A stretch of 64,000 nt of DNA from Tubiluchus corallicola (taxonomy: Eukaryota > Animalia > Priapulida): contig JAQGDQ010000615.1 in NCBI GenBank assembly GCA_030141605.1, positions 1-64,000 on the forward strand, given 5' to 3'. A program made the position numbers and the translations under genes. Below the pieces are notes generated by a model, which did no database searches, was not told the origin of the DNA, and saw only the letters and a list, made by a program, of their open reading frames with translations. Of this stretch, positions 35,801 through 48,935 are shown one piece after another; within the stretch, counting starts at the first letter, position 1, and each line of letters opens with the position of its first letter.

Positions 35801-38043
35801 TATTTAAAAGTAATTATATATGCGTTTTTTGTATTCTGCTTTACTGTGGTTTGTCAGCTGACCTGCAATCAAAGACAAAACTAAAATAAGCATTTAAACT
35901 ACCAGTACTTGAAGGCTTTGAGGGAGAGTTTGCAAAGATTTTTCAGCTTTGTGGAGTGGAAGGATTTTGCTGCAAGGAAAGACAGTTGCCGTCTGTCGCT
36001 CTAAATTAGACGTTATAATTTTGTGACTTTGCAATCAGAAAAATGTTTTCGTTTTTCTGATTTTTCTTTTCATCGTTTTGCACGTTTGCCTTAACGCAAA
36101 TTTCAAGTAGAAGGTCAGCTATTATTATTTACTTATTTCAAGCCATTTTTGGTAACGCTGTTTCTCTTAAAAGAATATTTTTCAGTAAAGCTCCTTCCAC
36201 AAGCACTGCACCATTGTGGACGGCCCATTTCGCGGCAAAATTTCTCGAGGAAATTCCTCACGAAAATGCAACACGTTGCTCCACTGAACACTTAAATAGG
36301 ACACATTAAATTAGCGTAATTATAATACGCATGTTTCTATGTGACAGGTTTCTATTGTGGCTCGGAACCAGCGATACCATCTGAGAATTTTCTGCGGTTT
36401 CAGCGTCGTTGCTGTTCCAATCTTGATGTCTTTTGTCATTCAGCATTGTATGGACGCGGTTCAATTCCCACAAATTATCACGGTAACTATATTGCACCTA
36501 AATTCTTGTATTTGTCAAATTTGTCCACATTTTAATAACCTGTTTACCAGTGGAACATATAAGTTTTTAATTGGAAGCAATGACTGTGAAAAACATCCTT
36601 GGCATGCCTATGTATATTAAATTTTTTTCGAAATTTTGGTCAAACGGCTTATGGAAAAAACGTTCTAGCGGCGCCTGGTGGGACTCTCGAAAAGAGATAT
36701 ATGGCTCCTTAGAAAGAGGAAGAACAGGGCTACACGATGATGTGGGCTACACTTTAGGACGCGTCACCAAGAGGAGTGGCGACGAGTTAATTAGATGTTC
36801 CATTTTTGGCAATTTTCGCTTAGAAAACTGCTGACGCAATGCCATTGTTCTGACGTCATCCATTATACTCTGCCTATAACCTTATAACTTTAATTCTGTA
36901 AAAGCTGCTGCTGGCTTTGCGTTGTAAATGAGAACTATGTAGGATGTTCGCGTATTATTGATTATAAGTGTACTTATGTCCGGTATGCTCCAGTCTAGTA
37001 TATATTTATCTAGCTCATTTTTTCTTAAATTTGTAAAAAGTAGATGTTTAGTGCAGTCTTGGCTGTTATGTAGTGAATTTTTCAGGAATTTTTTGACGGG
37101 CTTACGTCTCTTTTTCTCTGCGTATCCATGTGGGTGGGCGTTCCTTTTTTCGTCTTGTCTTTTTTGGAAATGATGTCTGATATACCGACGAATGAACAGT
37201 TTAAGGTAAGAGTTAACAAATGTATGTAACAAATGTATGTAACAAAAGTGTAAAGGTTTGATTAAGAATATGTGCGCAATTTTAGTCAAGTAATAGAAAT
37301 AATGACATTTAATAATTTTAATTCTATTTCGTCAATGTGACATTGACTTTCATCACTGTGTGGTATGATATGAGCTTGCACATGTTTTATGCTTATTACC
37401 CGTGAGACTGTACCGTTATTTCCCAAAAATTAGGCACTTTATGAATATAGCCTTGTGGCGCCATCTTTCAGCCGTGAATTGAGTTATGTCGATTAACTTG
37501 TTGCCTTCACACTTTTAAATTTAGACAATGTTATTTTTAGCTTTACCAAAGCGAGTACAAGGACGAAAAGTGGCCAGAAAATTTGTTTCATAATGAAGAA
37601 GAAGAAAACGAAGAAAAAGAAGAAGACGAAAATCGCGAAGGTACAGTAACTTATATGCTTATTATAGCATCTATCAATTTTCATAACAAAGGCAGTCGTC
37701 ATTCGTGCTTATGAATCACAAGCTTAAAATAGTGAGCTCTAGTGATGTTCACTTGTTCTATTCGTTTATGTATTCGACGGTTTATTCACTGATTTGTTTG
37801 GGATAATCGCTAATGTCTTCCATTAATTTGTAAATAAATTTGGTTTGCTGAGTTGTATATTCATTCTAAAGCTCATGTCAAAAGAATCCCGCATGACCTT
37901 TGTCTTTTAGTAATCTTAGTTTTACCTGTCCGTCATTCGTTTTAGATGATGAAAATCTTGCCACAGAAATCGCAGAAAACAGCGAGGAAGACGACACCAG
38001 CACCCTCGTGTGGCCGCCATCGTCATTAATGGACGTGTTTTGA
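32807..38043 (+). CDS. Putative spliced small membrane protein (coiled coil, one TM helix, acidic tail); exons 32807-32819, 34259-34371, 37086-37205, 37541-37640, 37946-38043
   Basis: AG/GT-bounded exons join in frame: MAGE-ESQKDFIVVEHAQRVEQLQQDIETLNEQVAALQKKAKL-EFFDGLTSLFLCVSMWVGVPFFVLSFLEMMSDIPTNEQFK-LYQSEYKDEKWPENLF...-DDENLATE...LMDVF*. The last three exons are better supported than the first two; the GTAGCT donor is weak. Confidence 0.45.
34800..35158. mobile_element. piggyBac-like right-end remnant
   Basis: Ends ...GGGTATGAAAGGG-TTAA. The near-palindrome GTATCCCACGGGATAC occurs at ~34826 and ~35123. No matching left end found. Confidence 0.4.
35159..35702 (+). mobile_element. Non-autonomous Kolobok-type element
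   Basis: TTAA-AGGAAAACCGGATGATTG ... CAATCGTCCGGTCTTCCT-TTAA (16/18 TIR match, TTAA TSD, AG..CT ends). A second copy lies at 58862-59405. Confidence 0.8.
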
Positions 38044-41000
38044 AATGAAGTTTCTATGCATGAAATAATAGGCCTAGCTAAAAGAAAGCGCATATTTTTG
38101 TAAAAGTGGTATAAAGCAACTTCTTGTAAGAAAAATGCCTATATTTCAAGATGTCACACAACTGATATAAAAATGCTTAACCAGTACTGTTTGTTTATTA
38201 TGCATTAAGAGGTAAACATTTGAATGCAAAAAATGAATTAAGAAAAAATCTTCACTAGTTTTGCTTTTCTGTTTAGAGTAAAATTAAGTTTGTACTGTAG
38301 TCCGGTGCGGCATGATACATTAACCAAATGTTTTTTTTGTATAATAAAAATAAGCTATTGCTTATATAATATGCTCACTGATTATGTGTGTTGTTGGTTT
38401 TTTTGTATATTTTAGAATTTATTTATTGCTGTTTTGTAGGTCCAACTGTGAGCTGGACGTCTCTTTCCCGTTGCTATGTTAAATTTGTTTTCGTTTTTAT
38501 TAAAATGATTAAAAAGAATTCCGTGTTTTATTGCAACTACCGAACTACGACCGTCATTGCTGTTATGCTGTTACTACAGAAAAGAAATCAGCTATGACTA
38601 ATTATGTAACTGTTAACGAAAACTTACAAATTTGTCGCCCACGCACTTTTACTTATTTTCACTCAGTTTTCCATAGTTTGCTTGCCATGCTGAAAAGAAA
38701 TCTTCTTAGCAAAGGTAATTACAATCATCACATGCAGTTCAATACAGAATGTTTTGTTATTTTCTACAGCAAACTTTTCCATTTTAACATATAAATGCAC
38801 AACGTCGTCTTATAGAATAAGGTAAAGTGTTAGAAAAACTGCAAGAATAGATGGTATGTAGACGGGAGGGGAAGAAGCAAAAGAAGCCTTACAGCTTTTC
38901 CTTTTTGCAGCTGATTCAATGGCACAAGTAATAACACACGTCACAGAGCAACACAAAGAGAACGCACAGAATAGTTAGTAATAACAAAAACTCACAGTCA
39001 AGAACAGTTTCTGAAACCTGATATGGACAACTGAGACTATTTAGTAGTAGAACAATCAGAGCATTGTACAAAAGCACATAAATGCACAACAACATCATGA
39101 AAACGAACAAACAACATTATGCACTATTAACCATCATAGGCTTTGTACGTTTTAAAACGAAAAACTATCAGTTTTTGTAGCTGAGAAATGACAAGGGAGA
39201 AAGTAAAAAAAAACTGCTATACGTTTGTGAAAATTGTGTAAACTTGCGAGAACAAGTTGCATACTGAAATGTGTGTTTAGTCCAGCTAAAACAGGTCAAA
39301 AGTAACGGTATGCATATATTGACCAGTTCCACAGTTCCAGTTGATGCAGTGTTTAGCTGATTAGTTAATATTACATAAATTTGTGTCGCAAATATGAAGT
39401 GGAATTTCCCGGAAGTGATATGGAACAAAAATGGATTATTGCCATGACCATTTTCACAAATTTGGATTGGAGCAGGTAAGAAGCTTTCTCCATATTACAT
39501 CACTTTTTTAATTTTCTGTCTGAATAGTGTAAATGTTATAATACTTTTTAATAGTTGGCACTCATTCATTATGTGGTTATAAATGTGCTCATTTCCATTA
39601 AGATCTGACTGATCAGGCTGATAGTAATGGTACATAGCAAGTACACTTTTGTGGCAAATTGTTTTTCTGCAGTAAAGTGTTTAATATTTCAAGGTATAAA
39701 GCAAAGAATTCACCAAGTTTTTTGATATTTCTGGAAATAAAACATTGAAGTGTTTACATCAAGTAATGAAAGCCTTGACCCACACATATCGGTTAGTTGC
39801 AAATAAAGATGCCTAAGAATATAATGGCAGTTGCAAAAAATGGAGCTGAACCTATTGGGATTATATTGTTGTTTAGTAATGCAGACATTGCTGATATTTG
39901 TAAGAAAACTGTTTGTAACAAAACCATTTAAAAAATCAACACTATAGTCAAATTTTTAAATCTCTACTACAAAAATTTGACAAAGAATTTAGCGATTTCT
40001 TGATGTCACACCTTTAGGTTTTTGTACACAGATATCTATGAAAGTGTATGAGCTATTTCATATTTTGCATATTGCTACCTATCTTTTGTTTAGTATGTTG
40101 GTATAGTTACAATCAAATTGTTATGCATACTGGACAAATGATAAGACGCATGTAGGAATAACAGTGAGTTGCATTAATTCACCAACAGACGAAAGTGAAA
40201 GTTTCACTTACACATGAAAGTCAAATTGTGATAAATATTAGGCTGCAGATTCTATTAGTAAGAAGAAGTGATTAGGTTATATACAATCCTGCCATTTTTG
40301 AAAACGGCATGAAAAACTGAGGTGAAATTGCCAAACTAATGTGGATAAAGGGAATGCTAGTGGAATGTGATGTGAGCAGTTATGTCCACAAAGTTGTTCA
40401 TCATTTTGGGAAACAAAATTAAGCATTGTTCAACTGCACATTGTTCAATTTTTTTTCAAATGCTCAAACTTCCTATTTGCAATTTCCTGCACATGGACGA
40501 CTTCTAGAGCAACAGCTTTTGTACTCAAACTATGGTCTCACAGGCAAGAATTTAGGATTTTGCGAAGCTTGTCTGATGGTATGAGAAAATATAAGCATGA
40601 GAGAGTGTGTGCATGCTGGTGTGTGTCATTGCTATCTCCATTAGTACTATTTGCCATTAGTACCATCGGTATGATGTTCCTCCTAATGCGTGTACGTGCT
40701 TCAGAACAATGGGTTTTCATATGACCAGTTCAATCAATCTCATGTTCTCGATGATGGTGACAGATGCACATACGACATAGCCATCAATCATCACTAAATT
40801 ATCCAATTTATCTCTGCAGAAGAAGGACATTAAGGAGTTGATTAGAGGTAAGAAGATCCATTTTCTTGTTGACGTCACTGCCATGCGTAAAGTAAATAAT
40901 AGTTAAACAATCCCTGAAAGCTATAAACGGCCCTAAGCTTCTTGGTGAAATTTTGTCGCACATTGTATTAAATCTGAATATGTTCATGGCCTTGCATAAC

Positions 41001-42474
41001 TGAGTTACTTTGTCAGATGTTTATGCTGATAATCTTTTGTCTGATGCTTGACGAGACACAAATTCAGGAGACACAGTGCTGGTATTAATACTGATACAAT
41101 AATAAATGTGGCAAGAAACATATTAGAGACAGGAGCTGCAGAAAAGTTCACCAAACAAAGAAGTTGTCTGCTTGCATCTCTTGCAGTAATACTTCTTGTA
41201 CAATTTCTTTGTCCATTCTGCTAAATTGTTGTCATAAACTGCAAAGTTCAAAAAGAACTTAGGACAAATAGTTGTTGTAACACTGTGGCATCAATGCAAA
41301 TTTGACCACTTACTGTTGTTGTTACTGATAACCCTATGCATTTATGCTGTATATTGTACAGTATGATAGTATTAGCACAAGGAGCATAATACATAATACA
41401 GAAGCGTAAACTTCTGTATGTTAAGAATGAAGCTGCTGATTTCAAAAGGCAAATACGGGCCAAATTAATTCAAATTTTAAGCGAGCATAAAAACCAATTC
41501 TATCCATGATTACTAATTGTTCTTTTGTCATAAATGATTGACACTAAATTTTGCAAAGTGCAAAAATTAGTGCCAAATGAGAAGGATTCTCAAAGAACCT
41601 ACATCAATGAACAGAAGATGAAAAGTTAGGATGACAGCAAACAAAACGCAATCCATCAACCCCACAGTGGAAACAGTTTCAGGTCCCAACGCCATTTTAT
41701 AATTACCCACACAGCATTAACAAGAGGTAAGTTGCATAGAGCACACGGTGCTACCATGTAGTCCAATATCCAAAGCAATCATCTAAAGTCAGACATGTGA
41801 GTGATGTTTTCAAGAATTCTTCAAACTACTTATTAGATTTTAGTAAAACTTGTCACAAAGACTTCTCAACCATCAACGAGTAATTAGTTATTCACAGAAA
41901 GCATCAAAACTATATCAAGTTTGTGGACCCAATATCTTCGTTGACATCACTTAGTGAATGATCATCAGTCAAATGCACAGTAAATGATAGATAAATACTC
42001 CTCATACAATAAGAAGCTTAACTACACACCCCTAATAATAATAATAATAGCCCAGAATACAATAGCGACCTGCTGGCTAGAATGATTACCTAAAATCCTA
42101 TCATACAGGATTATTATACTGACTGTCAGATGCACAACATTTATCAGAGGGAGAGATTCGTTTGTTGCTTCTTAAGATTTCATTCGAGTAAAAATTCACG
42201 TAAAAAATTCGAGTAAAAAATTGGGTTTATTGTTTCTGGTAAAAAATTCTGAGGCTACTACGTCGCCTGTTAAAGTCAGCTAACATATGTGTAACGCTTT
42301 CAGTTTAATGAGTTAAAATTCTTGGTATCACCACTGTAGAAATATCTACTGTATGTTTTTGTCAACCAATATATTCGATTAATTTGCCAAGTTCAGGTTG
42401 GTAAGGGATGTATGTCCATACTATATTATAAAAATTATAATTCATACCCATTGACAATCATTAATTAAATTCAT

Positions 42475-42518
<44 letters not shown>

Positions 42519-43063
42519 TGGACTGATGTTTTTATATTATGCTGGTTGTTTTTTTCATGCTTTGTGATTTTGTTATAGACAATATCTCTGAAGAAACATT
42601 AAATGAGACTCAACACTTGCAGGAGAACTTGTTAGTAAACGAATTTTATCAGCAGCAAACGACTGACCTAGAATCTAAAACCCCCCAAAATACACTTCTA
42701 AGTTGTGCAACAAGTTTTTCCATATATTTTTGCTTCTGTTGCAAGTGCTTCACATTTTTTGGTGTTTTCAGATATTAAACTCAGACAACATTGAAAAGAA
42801 GGGAGCAAGGCATCTTAAACATGAAATACTGTCATCTCCATGAACGTGGTCACAAGGTCTTTTCACAAAAGATTTAATCTTCAACTCTTTAACCTCCAAA
42901 CTGTTATCACATACTTTCGAAGCTAGAAATGTTCTCTGAAATGAGATGCATCAAAATTGCAACTACAACAGAAAAATTAAGGGCCTACCGTAACAATTTT
43001 GCACTGGACCGAGTTATCCATTTACATGCAGACAACATGAAAATTCCAATTATATAAAACGGA

Positions 43064-43945
43064 ATGGATCTTACTTTGTACTTGTACAACATTGCACTTG
43101 CTATAATTGGTATTACAGCTATAGCAGGGAATATGCTAGTTGTCCTGTCTATGATAAAGTGCAGAGAACTGCGCCATAATCGTAATTACTTGTTAACATC
43201 TCTTGCAGTAAATGATCTAGTTTATGGGGTATACATGGTGATTTTGTCATTCTACTGCACACTGGGAACAAATTGTGCTAATATGTACACAATAACAACA
43301 GACTATTACTTCGGCACATGCAGTCTGTACAACTTGTTTGCAGTAGCAATAGAGCGTTATGTGGCTGTTATGAGACCACTACGGTACGCACAGCTAGTCA
43401 CAAGAACGAGAATATTCTGGACAATATTAGCTGTGTGGTTGTCGAGTTTGTTGGTCCCTTTTGCAGTAGTATTATCACTCAAAATGGAAGGAGAGGTATT
43501 CCCTCTACGAATACCGCTTACATTTTTTATAATTTCGATTATATTTCACTATATGCCAGTCGTAGTAACACTGATTGTGTACATCAGGATATGGCGAGAA
43601 GCGATCAGGCAATTCAACAGAATAAGGACCGAATATCAGATGATGCAGATTTATGTGGTACATCAGCAACAATCTCAAGCAAGGGATGGAGGAGCACGAG
43701 AGCCACAAAGAAAAGCAACTACGACTATTGGGATAATTCTGCTTGGCTTCGTTATTTCCTGGACATTTTACATATCACTACTCATGAGCGATGTGCTGTG
43801 TGACTGTGTCACCAATTTACCAAAGCTAATTAGCTACCTAGTACTTTATGGAAATTGTGCCATTAACCCTGCAGTATATGCCTGGAAATGTTCAGACTTT
43901 CAGAAGGCTTTTAAATTTGTTCTTACTTGCTGCACTAATCGGTAA
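43064..43945 (+). CDS. Class A (rhodopsin-like) orphan GPCR, single coding exon, 293 aa
   Basis: TM1 GN, TM2 SLAVND, TM3 AIERY, TM4 W, TM6 FVISW, TM7 NCAINPAVY, helix 8 with CC. Almost no N-terminal ectodomain. Confidence 0.93.
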   Translation: MDLTLYLYNIALAIIGITAIAGNMLVVLSMIKCRELRHNRNYLLTSLAVNDLVYGVYMVILSFYCTLGTNCANMYTITTDYYFGTCSLYNLFAVAIERYVAVMRPLRYAQLVTRTRIFWTILAVWLSSLLVPFAVVLSLKMEGEVFPLRIPLTFFIISIIFHYMPVVVTLIVYIRIWREAIRQFNRIRTEYQMMQIYVVHQQQSQARDGGAREPQRKATTTIGIILLGFVISWTFYISLLMSDVLCDCVTNLPKLISYLVLYGNCAINPAVYAWKCSDFQKAFKFVLTCCTNR

Positions 43946-44589
43946 CTGTTAACAAACCAATGGTAGAGTGTTATGTCAAACATGTAGGACAGTATAAGGC
44001 AATAAATAGAGGCTCCAGGAAGAATATGGTCAATGGTCATATGCAATAGCCACACTGATTCAATGTAGTGTGTTACAGCAGAAATACAATAGCAGCATAT
44101 ATGTGTAAATGCTTCGTGTTGAACAGCAGATTTACTAGTGAAACACTAAATGTGTGATTTAAAGTATTTATTTAGCCTATTACATAACCTTTGTGAAATA
44201 ATAACAAAAACTGCATTTGAATAGTTTTTCTTACTTTGGACCGCTAAAGTAGTCAAGAAAACAAACAATTCAGTGGCAATGTAAGAAACGTTTGTGCAGT
44301 GTTAAGTTAAACACACAAGCATTTATCACCTGGCTAAGTGGTCCCTGATCAAAGTGAATGCCAGAGGTTTACTAATCTCGTGTGGTCATATTAGACTAGC
44401 GGTACTTTCCCTGTTTTTCTGTTCCTTTGCTTACTTTGAATTGTTTAGTGCAGCAAATATGATTGTAAATTAAAAGAGAAGGTAAGTGGTAAAAAGCCTG
44501 TGAATCTAAGTGTAGGACAAAATCAGAGTTTATTAAAGTCAAATCTTGTGTTTCTGTGTATACGGAGTAAAATGTAAAGACACAAAAGA

Positions 44590-44960
44590 GAAATACTCTC
44601 ACACTAATGGACAATTGACATTAACAGACCACTTCTCCGACTAGTCAGACTGCTGATTCAAGGGTTAACTCTAATTGTTGTTGACAAACTAGATTTTTTA
44701 AAAAAACATCTCACTTTCTTGAAAGCTTCATAGTTTTCTCTAACTGTTTTATTAGTGCTAATTAATGTGGAATCCTTTGTTTCCTTCACCTGTGTGTATG
44801 GAGAATATGAAGTACAGGCAGTGAGTGAAATATTCTCAAACTAATGGACAATTGGCTCTAACTGATTACTTCTCCAATCTTTTAATCTGCTGATTCACGG
44901 GTTAAGTGTAATGTTGGTTGACAAACCTAGCACTATTTCTTTAAACCTTCATAGTTTTGT
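44590..44960. repeat. Old diverged tandem duplication (~235-bp period)
   Basis: CTCACACTAATGGACAATTG...CTGCTGATTCAAGGGTTAA...GTTGACAAAC recurs at ~44600 and ~44835. Confidence 0.7.
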
Positions 44961-47369
44961 CTAAGTTAAGATTTTACTCATTCTTTGTAGGCTTTTCATA
45001 TTAACCTGCACGACAGAAAAACATTTGGCAACTTCAGCACATATATAAAATGATCTGGTGGCTAAGTCACCAAAAAGAAAAGCTCATGTATATACAGTAA
45101 TTAAATGTACTAATTAGTAATAAAATAATTAAAAATGCTCGATGACTTTTTCTAGATAAAGTACCTAACTCAAACTACATTAATTAGGTGTTCACTTGTT
45201 TTTAGTTTTAGCTTTGCAGCAATGGCATGCAGTAAGTAAATACCATGTTCTTACTCACATTGTTGTTGTACACGTTTCATAAAAAGTGCAAACACTTTGT
45301 AGTAGGTGATCGTATCACAATCAGACATAACAGGGATATACACTGGGGAACTACCAACACAGCAAGGATGGAGCGGTTTCTCCACTTACCAGTCAGGTAC
45401 CCTGGGGAAAGAATATGTTGTTACGGAATCTTCATAAGTAATTGCACTCATGCCATATTTGTACTGATTCTTCCAGGAGCAAACTAGCATAATTTCAAAA
45501 ATTAAAAATAATGAGAAGCTATAAGGGTATCACCTAATCATAATGAGAGTGTGAAGGCAGACAGAAATAATAATTATAATACTTTATAATATTCTTTATT
45601 ATTATGATTAAAAATTATAGTGCCCAATTTTTTTTCCGTTTTACACTATCCTGGATGCCATGTGCCCAAAACCAAGCAGAAAAGTTAGATGATAGTAAAA
45701 ACATTTGTACAAGGATATGTGTGATGTGCGGACGTATACATGTTATATTCATGTTTACATATAATATTCATATGTAAATGCACATGTGCACAATGCACAA
45801 ACACACACAAATCATGCATTTATCTAGAGAAATGGTACAACAACAAAATAGGTGAGGTAATTTTCTAAGATTAGCAACTTCCTTTACTATCAATTCCTTA
45901 TGTTTACAGCTTTGCTACATTTTTGAACAAAGGCATTAATTTTCCCATGAAAACCACAAAAGAAGCTTATACTAGGCAGCAAGCCAGCCAAGCAGAAGAA
46001 AGGCTAACACAAACAAGAAAATATTCACATGGCAGTATCAGGCTGATGCACTTATTGATGTAATGCTCACATCAAAAGCAAAACTTTATGATTAAACAGG
46101 ACAAAACGTATTTACTGATGCCATTAGATTAAATCTCTGGTGCAAAAGAGATGACAGCATTTATGCCTATAATAACAATGAATGTTTTTGCTAATACCAT
46201 GATTACATAAAAGTTATGATGTTGTAGTTAAATCTTTTCAAAAAAGGGTTAAATTCTCAAGGTAATGGAAAGCACAGACACGACAATGTATCAAAATTTG
46301 CTTGTTAAGTCTAGCAGAGTAAGTTGTGCATGCAGGTTTGTACAAAAGATAAAATGGACATTACTCAATATTTATACTATGTTGCACTTGCAATAATTGG
46401 TACAGTGACTATTGCAGGCAATGCATTAGTTGTGTTGGCCATGGTAAAATACAGGGAGTTGCGTCATAACCGTCAGTAGTGTCTAATGTTACATTTCTGG
46501 TCCACTTAGGGACCCCCACCTGCTGCCCGGGGGGGGGGGGAACCGTGACCCCTGACCGCGACCCTTGACCCGGTTCTATTGTTTTTGATAGTTAAGTGAC
46601 CAATTAGGCGATTAGAGCAACGATTTAAGGATTAGGAGTGACGGTTAGGACTCCTGCAACTTTTCCGGGGGGTGTTTTACGAATTAGGGGCACCAGCCTG
46701 TAGGAAACACCTTGTGAGAACGCCCCTGCCACGGTAAATGCACTCATCCGATCAGGCGAGGAGGCGCGCACGCGTCTACCCTAGATAATTGCTTAATCCG
46801 GTAATTGACTCGAGCACCTAGCTAGATAACGACTTAATGAGGGCTTAATCCGGTAATTGACTTACACGTTTACATGTCTACACGACACGACACCTAGCTA
46901 GATAATTGGATAATTGATGTATCTATTTGAGAGTGTGTATGCAGATTTAAAAGCGTGTTCAAATGTACAGCAACCACTATACGGCAGCCGGGTAGATAAG
47001 TCCAGCTAGATAATTGGATAATTGATGTGTCTATTTGAAAGTGTGTACGTGTATTTAAAAGCGTGTTCGAATGTACAGCAACCACTACAGATAAGTGGAT
47101 AATTGAATGCCCGCTGTCTTCTACTTTGTATGCATTTCAAAGCAGCGAGCGAGTATTTTTAGGTGAGGATATATATATATATATATATATATAATCCCAA
47201 ACTCGTAAGTTGCATTAGCCGTATTTTATTGAAAGATTTCTTTTTTGACAATAGGAGATTTAAAATTTTACTTTTATCTAGACTAGATGTACAAAGAGAA
47301 AAAAACTGAGGCGCTTTACTATTAGACTAAAATTGTCAGAGACTGAAGTGTATTTACTTTTTAAAATAT

Positions 47370-47995
47370 TCATTTATCTTTATCTTTATCTCGGTGGGAT
47401 GCTTTCCTCGGGTTGTCAAAAACGATGTTGGATGGGGGACCCGTGCTCGTTGATGATGCTGTTGTTGTTGTTACTGTTGATGTTGTTGTTGTTAGCGGTG
47501 GTGGCATATTGATAGCAGATGCAAACCGAACGTTGACATTGTGGTTCTGTAATCTCGGCGGCGGCGGTGGTGGTGGTGCCGTTTTAGGTACAGCTGCTGC
47601 TGTAGTCATCATTCTAGCAGTGACGATCGGAAGGTGATGCAATCTCGGTGGTGGCAACACTGCTGCTGCTGCTGCTGATGATGCTGTCACAGTCATCTTG
47701 GTGTTAGGCACGACCTGGTCCTCGACTTTGCAATCATCAACATCCTCGTTGTCAAAACCGTCATCGTTATGATCGTCATTGTCATCTCCATCATTATCCT
47801 CTTCAATCATCACGTCGACGTCGATTGATGGAGATCAACGTCATCATCATCATCGTCATCACCGAAACCCTCGTCGCGATTAACATCGCCTATGCTAGCA
47901 GCAGCAGCATTAGCTCCAGCAGCAGCGCCAGCGGCAGCGCTACAGCTGGCACCAACCTCGCCCGCAAACTCGAAACGACGTCTGCAAGAGCGCAT
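47370..47995 (-). pseudogene. Low-complexity (Ala/Asp/Pro/Thr-rich) reading frame in the element, apparently frameshifted
   Basis: ORFs 47810..47995 and 47370..47813 overlap in different frames. GC-rich, codon-like composition; AATAAA (-) at ~47225-47230. Confidence 0.4.
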
Positions 47996-48023
47996 CGTCT
48001 GATGAGAACCGGCTGCTAATTGA

Positions 48024-48935
48024 TCATTGATCTTGATCGAATCTTAAAGCGCCACACTTTTTCTTAGTGCATTTGCGGGTACACTGGGATTTAATATAGT
48101 TTCTGACGCGCTCGCCCATGAGTAGTCTAAATTGCAATGATTCGAGGTATGTGTGGAAACCGTCACATGCAAATCCACTGGGAGCATTAAATTCGTATAT
48201 GAATACAATTCCATTCCAGATGGCTACTTTCATCGATTGACTAATGTCGAAAAATGTACACCTGCCACTTTACTCGAGCTCGTCAAGGGTGCGGTGATGT
48301 AGCATGTTGGATAAGATGGCGCTACCTATCATGCGCATCTGTCCTGCACCAGGCGAAATCCACATTCTGTGCTCTTCTTGTTTACCAATGATGTAATTGA
48401 TACGGTCTTTTTTCAAAAATAGTTGTTCATACTCGTATGGCGTGAGCCTTACTTGCGGTAACGATGCTAAAGTTGAGTGCCCGATCACCTGTCTTTTGCC
48501 AATTGAAATTTTGGTGCGCAAAAGACCTCCTACTGAAACATAATTGCCCCTACCCAGATGAAACGTCAATCCCGAATCAAAAGGTGCCCGTTCTGCCACC
48601 GCCGCTGCTAGCATGGCCAACGGACATTCTATTTCATTTATCGTTGTTACCTAGTGATGCGGTAAAAAATTATCCTGCATTTTTCTAATGACAAAACGAA
48701 TTTTGGGATCTATATTTGAATTAAATATTTCTAACGTTGTTTGAAGAAATTTCTCTCTTTTTTGCAATAAAATGCGAGTATTTGTGCCCAGGCAATCGCA
48801 ATTTGCGTGAACCGTAAACGTATTCGATAATTGCCAATGATAGGGCCCCAAAAATCTCTCATCAATCGTGTGTGCATCCATGCCCCCAAACAGAGATGCC
48901 ATTATATTTTTTCCAAATCCATTAAGCTTATCCAT
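48024..48935 (-). pseudogene. Decayed protein with 2-3 PC4-like (ssDNA-binding) repeats
   Basis: ORFs 48651..48935, 48270..48620 and 48024..48233 share one frame, separated by single TAG and TAA stops. FHLGRGNYVSVG...KISIGKR...VRLTPYEYEQL and FFDISQSMKVAIWNGIVFI...YLESLQFRLL resemble the PC4 pattern. Confidence 0.5.
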
